From Polyangiales bacterium (GTDB lineage Bacteria; Myxococcota_A; Polyangia; Polyangiales; Ga0077539), in assembly GCA_044229975.1 (NCBI GenBank), contig JBGARZ010000010.1, positions 192,001-256,000 of the forward strand: a stretch of 64,000 nucleotides of DNA, given 5' to 3'. The translations under genes and the position numbers were made by a program. Shown piece by piece: positions 1-9,013 of the stretch; position 1 is the first letter of the stretch; the number at the start of each line of letters is the position of its first letter. Under the pieces are notes generated by a model. It saw only the letters and a program-made list of their open reading frames with translations. It made no database searches and had not been told where the DNA came from.

Positions 1-60
1 CCCGAAGGTGGCGAGGGTGACGATCACGAGGCCGAAGGAGCGAGAGAGGGAGTGGGTCAT
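1..60 (-). CDS. 5' end of a probable exported protein/lipoprotein running off the window edge; candidate immunity gene of the T6SS cassette
   Basis: ATG at 60 on the minus strand, preceded by GAAAGGAA. Reads MTHSLSRSFGLVIVTLATFG, which is signal-peptide-like. Lies directly downstream of the effector. Confidence 0.45.
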   Translation of the reverse strand, partial: MTHSLSRSFGLVIVTLATFG

Positions 61-220
61 GGCGACGTTCCTTTCGGGTCGCGGCGGCGTTGCGTCGCGT
101 CCCGGGAACCTCTTGAGCAGCCCTCGTACCAGGCAGGAATCTTCGAGAAACCAAGCGTCTGGTGGGGGTGCCGATGCGTGGCGTCGGCGCCCCGTGGGTG
201 GCGTCGACGCGTCCGCCCGC

Positions 221-1549
221 CTACTGCGCTCTCGTCGGCGGAACCAGGCTCGTCGCCGTCGTCAGCGTCTGGATCGACAGGTTCTGCAACGACGTCCGCA
301 GCCTCGCTGCCAGCGTCGCCTGCGCGGGCGCCCGCGGCGCCGACGCGTACGTGCCCGCTTCGAGCTCGCCGATTACCCGCTGCACCTCCTCCACAAACGG
401 AACCGTCGCGATCGACGGCACCCGCCCCGGCGGCGGCGCCATCCCCGATGCGGGCGCGGGCACCACCGCGTACCCGCCCGGAATCGCATCCGCGGGCCGC
501 GCACCCGGCATCACGGGGATGCCTTCGAGCTTGATGACCGACGCGGGCGTGGGCCTCGTCCCCGGGTTGGCGCGCAGCGCGGCCGACCAGTCGTCATACA
601 TGACCAGGTACTTGCTCGACACCACCAGGTAGGGGATCTCCTCCTTGTTGGGGGCCGCCTCCCAGCGCTCGCGGAAGTCCTTCTTGTAGCGATCCGAGGC
701 GGGCGCGTGCGCGAGCACCGTGCAGCCCGTCGACCAGTTCTTCACCTTCCCGGCGTCGCCGTAGTCCATCGACCAGTGGATGTGGATGGTGGTGTTCTGC
801 TCGTCGGTGCAGAACAACCAGTTCTGGTCGCCGTTCTTGTCGTGGCCGCCGATGGTCGCGTCTTCGATGTTGGTGAAGGTGTTCCTGGTCTTCGTCGCCT
901 CGCGCGCGAGTCGCACCGTGGGCGCCGTCCCGGAGTACACCTGCAACGCCCCAGCGGTTCCCTTGTGGTTCGTCGGCTTCGCCTTGTAGGGGTAGCCCTC
1001 CAACAACAGCGGCGTGCCCGTGGTGCTCGCCTCGTTGAAGCCCGGGTCGATGGTGCAGCGAAACACCTCCACCTGCTGGTCGAGCTCCTGACCCTCGTTG
1101 GTCCACACCATGTAGAGCAGGTCGTTGAAGCGGACGATGGAGTTGTTCTTGTCGCCCGACTGCGCGACGCCCTCGTCGTCACGCGTGAAGCGGTCGGCGT
1201 TGCGCTCTGGCGCCGAGAGGTCTTGCGTCGCCGCGGTGTCGCTCACCGTGCGCCCCGCCGCGCGCTCGCGCGCCAGCATCTGCGCCGCGTCGGCCCCGGC
1301 TCCGTCCGCGAAGGTCGACTCCCGCACCGCGAGCAGCGCCACGTCCTTCAGCCCGGCCGGAACGGTCCGCCCGAACGCCCGATACACCAGCTCGACCCAG
1401 TTGTAGACCGAGTGCTCCACCACGGCGCGCGCGTTGCCGTTGGGCGCGCCCTGAAACGCCCCGTTGGTCTCCTGCCCGCTGCGCGCGGCCGGCGTCACCA
1501 CGTGGTCGGGTCGGCGCCTGGGCCTCGGAGGTGTCTGACCGTCGTTCAT
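221..1549 (-). CDS. Putative T6SS effector with a YkuD/L,D-transpeptidase-like domain (peptidoglycan-active)
   Basis: 11 bp downstream of PAAR. Motif IHIHWSMDYGDAGKVKNWSTGCTV fits H-x14-S-x-G-C. No signal peptide. Confidence 0.6.
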   Translation of the reverse strand: MNDGQTPPRPRRRPDHVVTPAARSGQETNGAFQGAPNGNARAVVEHSVYNWVELVYRAFGRTVPAGLKDVALLAVRESTFADGAGADAAQMLARERAAGRTVSDTAATQDLSAPERNADRFTRDDEGVAQSGDKNNSIVRFNDLLYMVWTNEGQELDQQVEVFRCTIDPGFNEASTTGTPLLLEGYPYKAKPTNHKGTAGALQVYSGTAPTVRLAREATKTRNTFTNIEDATIGGHDKNGDQNWLFCTDEQNTTIHIHWSMDYGDAGKVKNWSTGCTVLAHAPASDRYKKDFRERWEAAPNKEEIPYLVVSSKYLVMYDDWSAALRANPGTRPTPASVIKLEGIPVMPGARPADAIPGGYAVVPAPASGMAPPPGRVPSIATVPFVEEVQRVIGELEAGTYASAPRAPAQATLAARLRTSLQNLSIQTLTTATSLVPPTRAQ

Positions 1550-1560
1550 CGCGCTCCGCC

Positions 1561-2100
1561 TCAGTCCGACTTGTATTTCTGCAGCGGCTTGAGCACCAGC
1601 ACCGCCGCGTCCTTACACAACCCCGTAACCGTCGTCGACCCGCTGAACTCCCGGTCGACCCACTTCCTGTGCGGACACACCACGTGCACGGTGGCCTTCC
1701 CGATGGCCCGTCCCATCGCGTCCGTGTAGTCGATGTCCATCGTCTGGTCGTGCGCCACCGCCACGCTGCTGCCGCTCGCGAGGTCGCCAATGAGGACGTT
1801 GCCGCTCCCGCTCACGAGCTCGCCGTCGCCGCCGCAGTGCGCCACCGCGTCGCCCACCCGGTGCGCCTTCTGCCCGTTGATGAACACCGCGGGCGCCCCG
1901 CCCACCGCCTGCCACTGGTTGGGCCCGCAGCACGCGCCGTGCGCCCCGCGATCGCCCACCCGCAACGCCTCGCGCCCGTTGATCTTCACGTCGGGCGAGC
2001 CCTCCACCGCGCCGCCGATCACGTCGTGCGGACACGCCGGGCAGCCGTGCGAGTCCGCGGGGCAGTGGGCGTCATCGCCCTTCCTTCCGGCCTTTGCCAT
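1561..2100 (-). CDS. PAAR-domain spike-tip protein with a ~70-aa C-terminal extension
   Basis: MAKAGRKGD...HGCPACPH...GSPDVKINGREALRVGD...VFINGQKAHRVGD...GSGNVLIG. True start is the ATG at 2100, 17 bp after the vgrG stop. Confidence 0.9.
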   Translation of the reverse strand: MAKAGRKGDDAHCPADSHGCPACPHDVIGGAVEGSPDVKINGREALRVGDRGAHGACCGPNQWQAVGGAPAVFINGQKAHRVGDAVAHCGGDGELVSGSGNVLIGDLASGSSVAVAHDQTMDIDYTDAMGRAIGKATVHVVCPHRKWVDREFSGSTTVTGLCKDAAVLVLKPLQKYKSD

Positions 2101-2117
2101 CGGGTGCCTCCGTCCCC

Positions 2118-4130
2118 TCAGTTGATCTTCACGACGCCGCCGCGGATGACCACCTCCTGCTCGCCCAGCACCGTGATGGTCTGCGACGACAGGGTGATGG
2201 AGTCCGGCGTCATCACGATGGTGCTCCCGCCGCACTCCAGCACGATGCGACCGTCGGCGCGCACGTAGCAGGTCTCGTCCACCTGCGTGCTCATGCCGCG
2301 CGAGCCGTGCACCGTGATGTCGAGGTTGTCGGTCACCTCCAGCGAGTCGTTGGCCTTCACCTGCGTCGTGCGGTTCTTGTCGATGGTGTTCTTCTCGTTG
2401 CCCTTCACCGCCTTGGTGCGGTGCTTGCCGACGGTGAGCGCCTGGTTGTTGTCGACCTTGGTGCTCTGGTCGTGCAGCACCCACTCGTTGAGGTCCTTCT
2501 GCGCGCGGAGGTAGATCTCCTCCTGGTCGGCGAGGTCTTCGAAGCGCAGCTCGTTGTAGCCGTTGCCGCCGGGCGTGCTCCGCGTCTTGATGACGCTCTT
2601 GCTCTTCTCGCCGGGCAGTCCGTACGGCGTGTGGTTCTCGCCGTTGTAGGCGCAGCCCGTGACGAGCGGCCGGTCGGGGTCGCCATCGAGGAAGGTCACG
2701 ATGACCTCCATCCCGATGCGCGGCGTGAACACGAAGCCCCAGTTGGGCCCCGCCCACGCCTGCGCGACACGCACCCAGCACGACGAGTGCTCGTCCTCCT
2801 TGCCGAGGCGGTCCCAGTGAAACTGCACCTTGATGCGCCCGTGGAAGTCGGTGTGGATCTCCTCGCCGGGAGGGCCCACCACGCGCGCCGTCTGCGACCC
2901 GCTCACCACCGGCCGCGCCGTCACCTTCGCCGGCCGAAACGGGACCGCCGCCGGGATGCACTCGAAGGTGTTCACGTAGCGCCGCACCTGCTGCCGCTCG
3001 TTGGAAGAAACCCCCGCGTCCTTCAGCGCACCGAGCAGGTGCTCGCTCGCGCGGACGTCTTCGGGCAGATCGCTCCACGCCTGCACGACGTGCTCGACGC
3101 GCGTGATGAGGTAGCGCCCGTCGCCGTCGGCGCGGTGGTGGCCCGCCACCTCGAATACACCGCCCGGTAAGAACCCGGTGACGTTGCCCGCGCCGCGTCC
3201 GGTGCGCGTCGCGAGGTGCTCGCCCTCGTGACGAACGCGCGCCTGCCGCACGCCGTCGTGGGCCTCGTGGGTGTTGGAGCTTTCGTTGTACTGGTAGATG
3301 TCGAGCCGCGACGGGTGGTCGTAGACGGGGCGCTCGCCCTTCGGGCCGGGGTGCTGCACCGTGAGCGAGAGCATCGCGCGCGGCTTGGTGAAGTCGTAGT
3401 CGCGCACCGTGCGACTCGTGGACTGCATCGCGGCGCAGCGATCGAACCACTGCACGCTCTCGCCGCGGTGGAGCTGGGCGCCTGCGTCGGTGACCGCGAA
3501 GGCTCCGCCGTCGATGGGCGCGACGTCGTCCCAGCGCGCCTGGTCTTCGGCAAGAACAAGCGTCTCACCGCCGTCGCCGTCGTGGCGGAAGTGGAAGGGG
3601 ATGCCCTCTTCCTGGAGGAGCCGCAGCACGAAGTCGAGGTCGGTCTCGTGGTGTTGCAGGCAGTAGATGCGCGGCGGGAGCGCGTCGAGCGAACCCGGAA
3701 TCACCGCGCCTCCGTCGCCCTGATAGACCCCGGCCGTCTGGAGCACCTTGCGGACGATGGCGGCGATCGGGAGGTCCTGGAAGATTCGGCTGTCGACGCG
3801 CTGCGAGAGCGTCCAGAGCGCGGGCACCATGACGACGCGGACGTAGCGATGCGTGGCGGTGGTGCCGAGGTCTTCCACCTGGCGGACGACGCCCTGCACC
3901 TTGCGCGAGCGGTGGCCGCGGCGGATGTCGAAGACGGCGTTGGCGCCGAGCAGCCCGTCGGGCTCGTTGCCGGGCGTCGGGAGCGTGAGGACGAGGGAGC
4001 ACTCGTAGGGCTCCGAGAGGGCCTCGCGCAGTCGGGCGTAGACGACGATCCACGGGAGGCCGTCGGCGCCGGTGAAGTCCAGCGACACCTCGGGGAGGAT
4101 CGCGTCGGAGAGCAGGTCGGGAAGGTCCAT
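2118..4130 (-). CDS. vgrG: Type VI secretion spike protein VgrG
   Basis: EALSEPY, RIFQD, YCLQHHETDLDFVLRLLQEEGI, GRIKVQFHWDR, SCWVRVAQAWAG, PRIGMEVIVTFLDGDPDRP, NELRFED, then a Gp5-like beta-repeat tail. Confidence 0.97.
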   Translation of the reverse strand: MDLPDLLSDAILPEVSLDFTGADGLPWIVVYARLREALSEPYECSLVLTLPTPGNEPDGLLGANAVFDIRRGHRSRKVQGVVRQVEDLGTTATHRYVRVVMVPALWTLSQRVDSRIFQDLPIAAIVRKVLQTAGVYQGDGGAVIPGSLDALPPRIYCLQHHETDLDFVLRLLQEEGIPFHFRHDGDGGETLVLAEDQARWDDVAPIDGGAFAVTDAGAQLHRGESVQWFDRCAAMQSTSRTVRDYDFTKPRAMLSLTVQHPGPKGERPVYDHPSRLDIYQYNESSNTHEAHDGVRQARVRHEGEHLATRTGRGAGNVTGFLPGGVFEVAGHHRADGDGRYLITRVEHVVQAWSDLPEDVRASEHLLGALKDAGVSSNERQQVRRYVNTFECIPAAVPFRPAKVTARPVVSGSQTARVVGPPGEEIHTDFHGRIKVQFHWDRLGKEDEHSSCWVRVAQAWAGPNWGFVFTPRIGMEVIVTFLDGDPDRPLVTGCAYNGENHTPYGLPGEKSKSVIKTRSTPGGNGYNELRFEDLADQEEIYLRAQKDLNEWVLHDQSTKVDNNQALTVGKHRTKAVKGNEKNTIDKNRTTQVKANDSLEVTDNLDITVHGSRGMSTQVDETCYVRADGRIVLECGGSTIVMTPDSITLSSQTITVLGEQEVVIRGGVVKIN

Positions 4131-4237
4131 CGTCGCTCCAACGGGCCGCATCGGTGCGGCGGGGAGCGCGATGCTACGCGCAGGTCAGGGGCGTGGTCGT
4201 GGGAGATGAGACGGGGGGACGGATTTGGTGCCGCGGG

Positions 4238-4513
4238 TCAGTGACCGCCGCAGCCGCCGCCTTCGGGCGCGGCCGGGGCCGGAGCGCCGCAGCCACCGCC
4301 TTCGGGCGCGGGCGCCGGAGCGCCGCAACCACCGCCGCCACCGTTGGTGGGCATCTGCGCGGCGTTGAGCGTGTCGCCGTGCACGACGGCCGCCGGGGCG
4401 GGCGCCACGACGGTCTCGGCGGCGGGGCCCTCGACGGGCTCTTCGGTACGGTTGAGGGAGGCCCCCGCGAGGACGAGGGAGAGAGCGCCTGCGTAGCCGA
4501 TCCAGGTCATCAT
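4238..4513 (-). CDS. Small (~91 aa) exported/membrane-anchored peptide with three GGGCG repeats
   Basis: Hydrophobic N-terminus MMTWIGYAGALSLVLAGAS. C-terminus GGGGGCGAPAPAPEGGGCGAPAPAAPEGGGCGGH. Fills the gap between vgrG and the divergent lipoprotein gene. Confidence 0.6.
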   Translation of the reverse strand: MMTWIGYAGALSLVLAGASLNRTEEPVEGPAAETVVAPAPAAVVHGDTLNAAQMPTNGGGGGCGAPAPAPEGGGCGAPAPAAPEGGGCGGH

Positions 4514-4621
4514 GACTTGATGGGATACCCGCTCGGAGGGTCTGGCGTCCAGCCGAGGCGCGCAGGGGGTGACCGCCGCCGCTCCCATCGGAGACCAGAC
4601 CTGCGGTATGAGCCGTGCGCC

Positions 4622-6508
4622 ATGAACGCCCGCCGTATCCTCCTCGCCGCGAGCCTCGTCGTCGCCGGTTGCGCCACGGAGATCACCGCCGTCCCGACCC
4701 GTGATGCTGCCTTCGTGGAGGAGATCGTCCCGCCCGACATCGGCTTCGACGTGGGCTTCGATGTGCCCTCGGTCGACGTCGCGCCTGAGGCCGCGGTCGA
4801 TGTTCCTGCGGACGTCGTGGTGCCGCGCGATGCGCCCCCGGACGACGTCGACCCGGTCTGCGCCAACGGCGCGACCGACCGCTGCCTCTCCACTCCACCC
4901 GGTCCGTGCGCCGACCTCTCCGATGGGCGCGAGCACGTCGTTCGCTTCACGGGCTTCATGCAGGACCATGCGCCGAGCTGCGCTGGTGCCATGACGGGCG
5001 CGGGGCCCGACGCCGTGCTCCCGCTCACCATCACCCAGACCAGCGACGTGAACATCGCGGCCATGCCCGGCAGCACCGACGCCGTCGTGGTCGCGCTGCA
5101 CCGCGCCGACGGGTGCGGCGACCCGCGGCAGGAGATTCTCTGCGTCAACGGCAGCAACGCCATCGGCGCCATCGCGACCGCTCGTGCGAGCTCGCTCCCG
5201 CCCGGCCGCTACACGCTCACCATCGCGACGGCGCGCGGCTCCGACGTGCGCGTGCAGACCCAGGTGACCCCGGCGAGGGCGCGCCAGCCCGGCGACCTGT
5301 GCCCCGGCGTCGCGGTGGTTCCGGATGGTGAGCCCGTCGTCGTCGACACCAGCGGCTTCACCACCTCCTCGGACTACGGAACCACCTGCGGCTACTTCTC
5401 GACGCGCGCGCTCGGCTGGGCCGACGCCGTGTTTCGCTACACGCTGACCGAGGCGCGCGACGTCAACATCGACGTCTCCGGAACCACCGAAGAGCCCCTC
5501 TTCCTCGAAGTGTCGCCGGTGTGCGGATCGACCTCACAGGCCGTCCCCGGCTGCGACACGGGCGAGCCCAGCGCACCGGTGCATCGCACGCTCCGCAACC
5601 AGCGCCCCGGGACGTACTACTTCACCGTCGAGCACCACTTCGAGCGACGTCCCACGCACGTGCTCACGGCGCGCGTGACGACGGCGCCGCCGACGCTGCC
5701 GGGTCCGCGTTCGCGCTGCCCGGGTGAGCCGGTCGCGGCCGAGTCGGTGGCGAGCGCCGTGGACATCGACGTGCTCACCGCGGGTGACGCCATCGCGTGC
5801 CTGCCGCGGCAGCGGGCGAGCGGCTTCTGGACGCTGACGGCCCCGGCGGGTGGCGGCGATCTGCTCATCAACATGGCGACGTCGGCGGTGCGCGGCGACG
5901 CGGCGCTCCAGGTGCGCGACGCATGTGAAGGCGAGCCGGGGTTTGCGTGCGTGGGTCCTGAAGACCGGGCGGCGCGCTCGGTGTGGACGCGGCTCGCGGG
6001 CATCGCGGAGGGTCGCCGGCTCATCCTGCACGGCGGGACGAATGCGTCAGGCGGCGAGCTCGCGGCGCGGTGGTATCGGGTTCCGACATCGAGCCCGGTG
6101 GAGGTGACGGGCAACACGACCTGCGACATGGCGCGGACGATCCCCGAGAGCGGCGGGCTCTTCACCGGGAGCACCGCGACGGCGACGGCCATCTCGATGC
6201 CGCCGTGCGCGACGACGATGTCCGGCTGCAACGGAGCGCGCGGCGTGATGTACCGCCTCGTGCTGGCGGCGCGGCGTCGGGTGGTGGTCATCGAGCGCAG
6301 CGGGGCGTTCGACACGCTGCTGGCGATCCAGTCGGGCCCCACCTGCCCGGGGCGGGGGTTCTCGTCGATCTGCAACGACGACTGGTACAGCACCGACTCG
6401 CAGGTGGAGGCCGTGCTCGATCCGGGGACGTACTGGGTCTACGTCGCGGGCTGCGGCGCCTCGCAGGTGGGGCAGTACAGCCTCGACGTGGCGGTGCTGC
6501 CTCCGTGA
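4622..6508 (+). CDS. Cys-rich lipoprotein with repeated PPC-like beta-sandwich modules
   Basis: Lipobox LVVAGC. Repeated segments DAV.., C-x-D/N and L-x-PG-x-Y (LPPGRY, QRPGTYY, LDPGTYWVYV); FDTLLAI..CNDD. Confidence 0.75.
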   Translation: MNARRILLAASLVVAGCATEITAVPTRDAAFVEEIVPPDIGFDVGFDVPSVDVAPEAAVDVPADVVVPRDAPPDDVDPVCANGATDRCLSTPPGPCADLSDGREHVVRFTGFMQDHAPSCAGAMTGAGPDAVLPLTITQTSDVNIAAMPGSTDAVVVALHRADGCGDPRQEILCVNGSNAIGAIATARASSLPPGRYTLTIATARGSDVRVQTQVTPARARQPGDLCPGVAVVPDGEPVVVDTSGFTTSSDYGTTCGYFSTRALGWADAVFRYTLTEARDVNIDVSGTTEEPLFLEVSPVCGSTSQAVPGCDTGEPSAPVHRTLRNQRPGTYYFTVEHHFERRPTHVLTARVTTAPPTLPGPRSRCPGEPVAAESVASAVDIDVLTAGDAIACLPRQRASGFWTLTAPAGGGDLLINMATSAVRGDAALQVRDACEGEPGFACVGPEDRAARSVWTRLAGIAEGRRLILHGGTNASGGELAARWYRVPTSSPVEVTGNTTCDMARTIPESGGLFTGSTATATAISMPPCATTMSGCNGARGVMYRLVLAARRRVVVIERSGAFDTLLAIQSGPTCPGRGFSSICNDDWYSTDSQVEAVLDPGTYWVYVAGCGASQVGQYSLDVAVLPP

Positions 6509-6797
6509 CGTGGGGCCGGGGTTCACGGTGCAGGCTCCGCGTCTGTCGCGTTCCGTTCGCTCCGGTCAATGGTAGGGGGTCACCCCGTCGCTGCGCGACG
6601 GGGTTGCAGGGAACACCACCTCGATCCCTGTGGAAGATGGAGTTCGAAAAGAACTCAATCCTGCAACCCCGTCGCGCAGCGACGGGGTGACCCCCTACCC
6701 ACGCGATGTGCATCAGCCGGCGCCAACCTGTTGATTGCGCGAGCGAACTCCCGGCAGCCACGGGAACATCGGAGCTCCTACACACACGAGGTGCCCA

Positions 6798-8902
6798 ATG
6801 ACTGCCGAGAGCCCGAACGATATCTCTGTCGCGTCCGTGGTGGCCAGTTCGCAGCCGGATCCGCTGGTTCCCGCGGGACTCGCCGAGTGCGCGATCTGGG
6901 CGCGCCACTTCTGGAACACCTGGCAGCTTCTCCCGATCTGCACGATGGTCACGGTCCCGATGCGTCGCGTTGGCGACTACGCCTTCGTCGACATCCTCCT
7001 GGTGCTGCTCGCTCATGCTTGCAGCGGCAATCGCTCTCTCGGGGAGACCTCTTGCCGGTTCCGGCCCGTCGCGCCCGCGCTCATGTCGCTGTGGGGTCGC
7101 GACGCGATGCCCTCCGCGTCGCAGATCGGTCGATGGCTGGCTCGCATCGATGAGTGGTCGATGGAGGCGTGGCGATCCCTTTTTTTCACGACCTCTGTCA
7201 GCACGGGGTGCGCGGATCACGCCTGGGCGGCGTCTTCGGCGCGGACGGTCGCCGCTCGTTGATCTTTGACGCCGATGGCACTCGCGTCGCCGTGCGCCAG
7301 CGTGCGGTGCCGGAGGATGAGTCACGGCCGCCGGTGTTCCGTCGCGTGAGCCCGTCGGCCGCGGCGCCAGGTCACACGGGACGCAAGCGCGGCGAGATGG
7401 TTCGAACGCGCATGACGGTGCAGCTGCGGCACACCAGCGAGTGGCTCGGCACCTTTGGCGAGCCCGGCAACGGCGACGCGAATGCGGCGGTCGAGCGCGT
7501 GTGTCAGGTCGTCACCGCCTACCTCAAGGCCCACGACCTGCCGCTCGCCCTCGGCGTCGTGCGCCTGGACGGTGAGCACGGCTGGCTGCACCGCATCGCG
7601 CGCATCGTCGACCACGGCCTGGGCTATCTGGTGCGGTGCTGCGACTACAAGATCCTCAAGAGCCCGATCCTCGCGGCGGCGCTGGCAGCCGGTGCGATCG
7701 CTCGCATGACCCACGAAGACACGGGGGTCGTGCGCGAGCTGTTTGATCTGCCGGCCTACCCCTGGAAGACGCTTCGCGGCGGCGTCCGGAGTACGCGGCT
7801 CGTCGTCGCGCGGCGGCGGGTCCCGATGGACGTCAAGGTGACGGTTGGCAAGCGGGTGGGCGAGTGGGTCTACGAGATGATCGCGACGGACCGTACGGCC
7901 TCCGAGTGGGACGCCGCCCAGGTCTTCGCGCTCTACCTGGAACGTGGCGCGTTTGAGCGCACGCTCGGCGAGGAAGACCGGGAGCTGCCGACCGATCGCT
8001 GGGTGAGCTACCGCGAGAACGGGGAGGAGGTCTGGCAGATCCTCTGTCAATGGATCTGGAACCTCCGACTGTGGCGAGGCGTGGAGGCGCTGGGGGCGGT
8101 GCCTGATCGAGACGTCGTGGACACGCTCGCGGAGGCGATCGAAGGGGAGTCCGTCACGCTCTCGGAGACCGAGCTGGTCTTCGTCAGTGACGCGATCGTG
8201 GAGCCTGCGGTCGAGGCGTCGGTGGAGCCTGCGGTCGAGGCGTCGGTGGAGCCTGCGGTCGAGGCGTCGGTGGAGCCTGCGGTCGAGGCTCAGGTCGTGG
8301 CAGTGCCGTTTGGATCGGGTGCCTTTCGACAACGAAGCGCGTTGCTGGTGGTCTGCCCGTCAGGCGTCGAGATGCACGCCTCGGAGCGGGTCCATCTCGC
8401 GAAGGAATCCCGGATTCGGTATGCCGCTCCTGGGGCCAAGTGTGCGGAGTGCGAGTGGTCCATGGCCTGCCGCGGGTCGACCGCGAAGGAGGCGCGGGGT
8501 CGTCGGATCACGATGCGCGACGGGTCGAGTGCGGCGCCCCCCTTGGCCTCGCAGCCATCCGCCGATCCGGTGATGTCGTCGGCGCACGCGCGGGATGTGG
8601 CGCCCCGCTGGGAAGCACGTTGGGAAGCGACGCCGCTCTGGCATGAGACGTTGAGGGGCGCCGCGCTGCGGCGGTACCTCCCGAAACTGCTGGCGGGCCA
8701 GCGAGTCCGTTGTGACGTGATCGAACGCCCATCTCAACCGCCACCACCGTCCCGACGGAGTCAGCGAGCGAAGCGAAGGACACGCTGGCACGAACGCTGG
8801 AGCCGGAACCTCCTGACCACTCGCGTCTGCACCATCACGCTCCCCGGGATCCACGCGGAACTCGCAAAAGTCGTGGACTTACCGACAGTCCGCGCCGGCT
8901 GA
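6798..8902 (+). CDS. DDE transposase encoded in two frames joined by a -1 shift at ~7181-7187
   Basis: ORF1 (MTAESPND...AWRSLFF) overlaps the -1 frame ORF2 (FFHDLCQ...FDADGT...RLDGEHG...YLERGAFERTLGEED). C-terminal CPSG...CAECEWSMAC zinc-binding-like region. Stop codon lies inside the right TIR. Confidence 0.8.
8198..8289 (+). repeat. 24-bp tandem repeat (~3.8 copies) inside the transposase, encoding VEPAVEAS
   Basis: GTGGAGCCTGCGGTCGAGGCGTCG x3 plus a partial fourth copy. Confidence 0.95.
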
Positions 8903-9013
8903 TGCACATCGCGTGGGCCTACCATTGACCGGGGCGAACGGAGCGCGACGGACGCGGAGCCTGCACCGTGAACCCCGGCCCGCCGCGACGAGGCCTCAGA
9001 ATCAGCCGCTGCC

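Larger units (their letters stand above)
6698..8917 (+). mobile_element. Insertion sequence (2220 bp), DDE type (IS4/IS1380-like; exact family uncertain)
   Basis: Perfect 26-bp TIR CCCACGCGATGTGCATCAGCCGGCGC at 6698-6723, inverted copy at 8892-8917. CCTA direct repeats at 6694-6697 and 8918-8921. Encloses transposase ORFs. Confidence 0.92.
6513..8981. repeat. REP-doublet (REPIN)-like ~245-bp palindrome interrupted by an IS
   Basis: Left arm 6513-6610 pairs with right arm 6660-6697 + 8922-8981 (98 bp each, 3 mismatches). Spacer is 49 bp. The arms contain GTAG followed by the hairpin ACCCCGTCGC-TGC-GCGACGGGGT. Confidence 0.85.

Noticed and set aside
6513..8981. Outer ~64-bp inverted repeats (6513-6576 / 8918-8981) as the IS ends
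   Set aside because: The inner 26-bp TIRs with a CCTA duplication define the IS; the outer repeats belong to the pre-existing palindrome.
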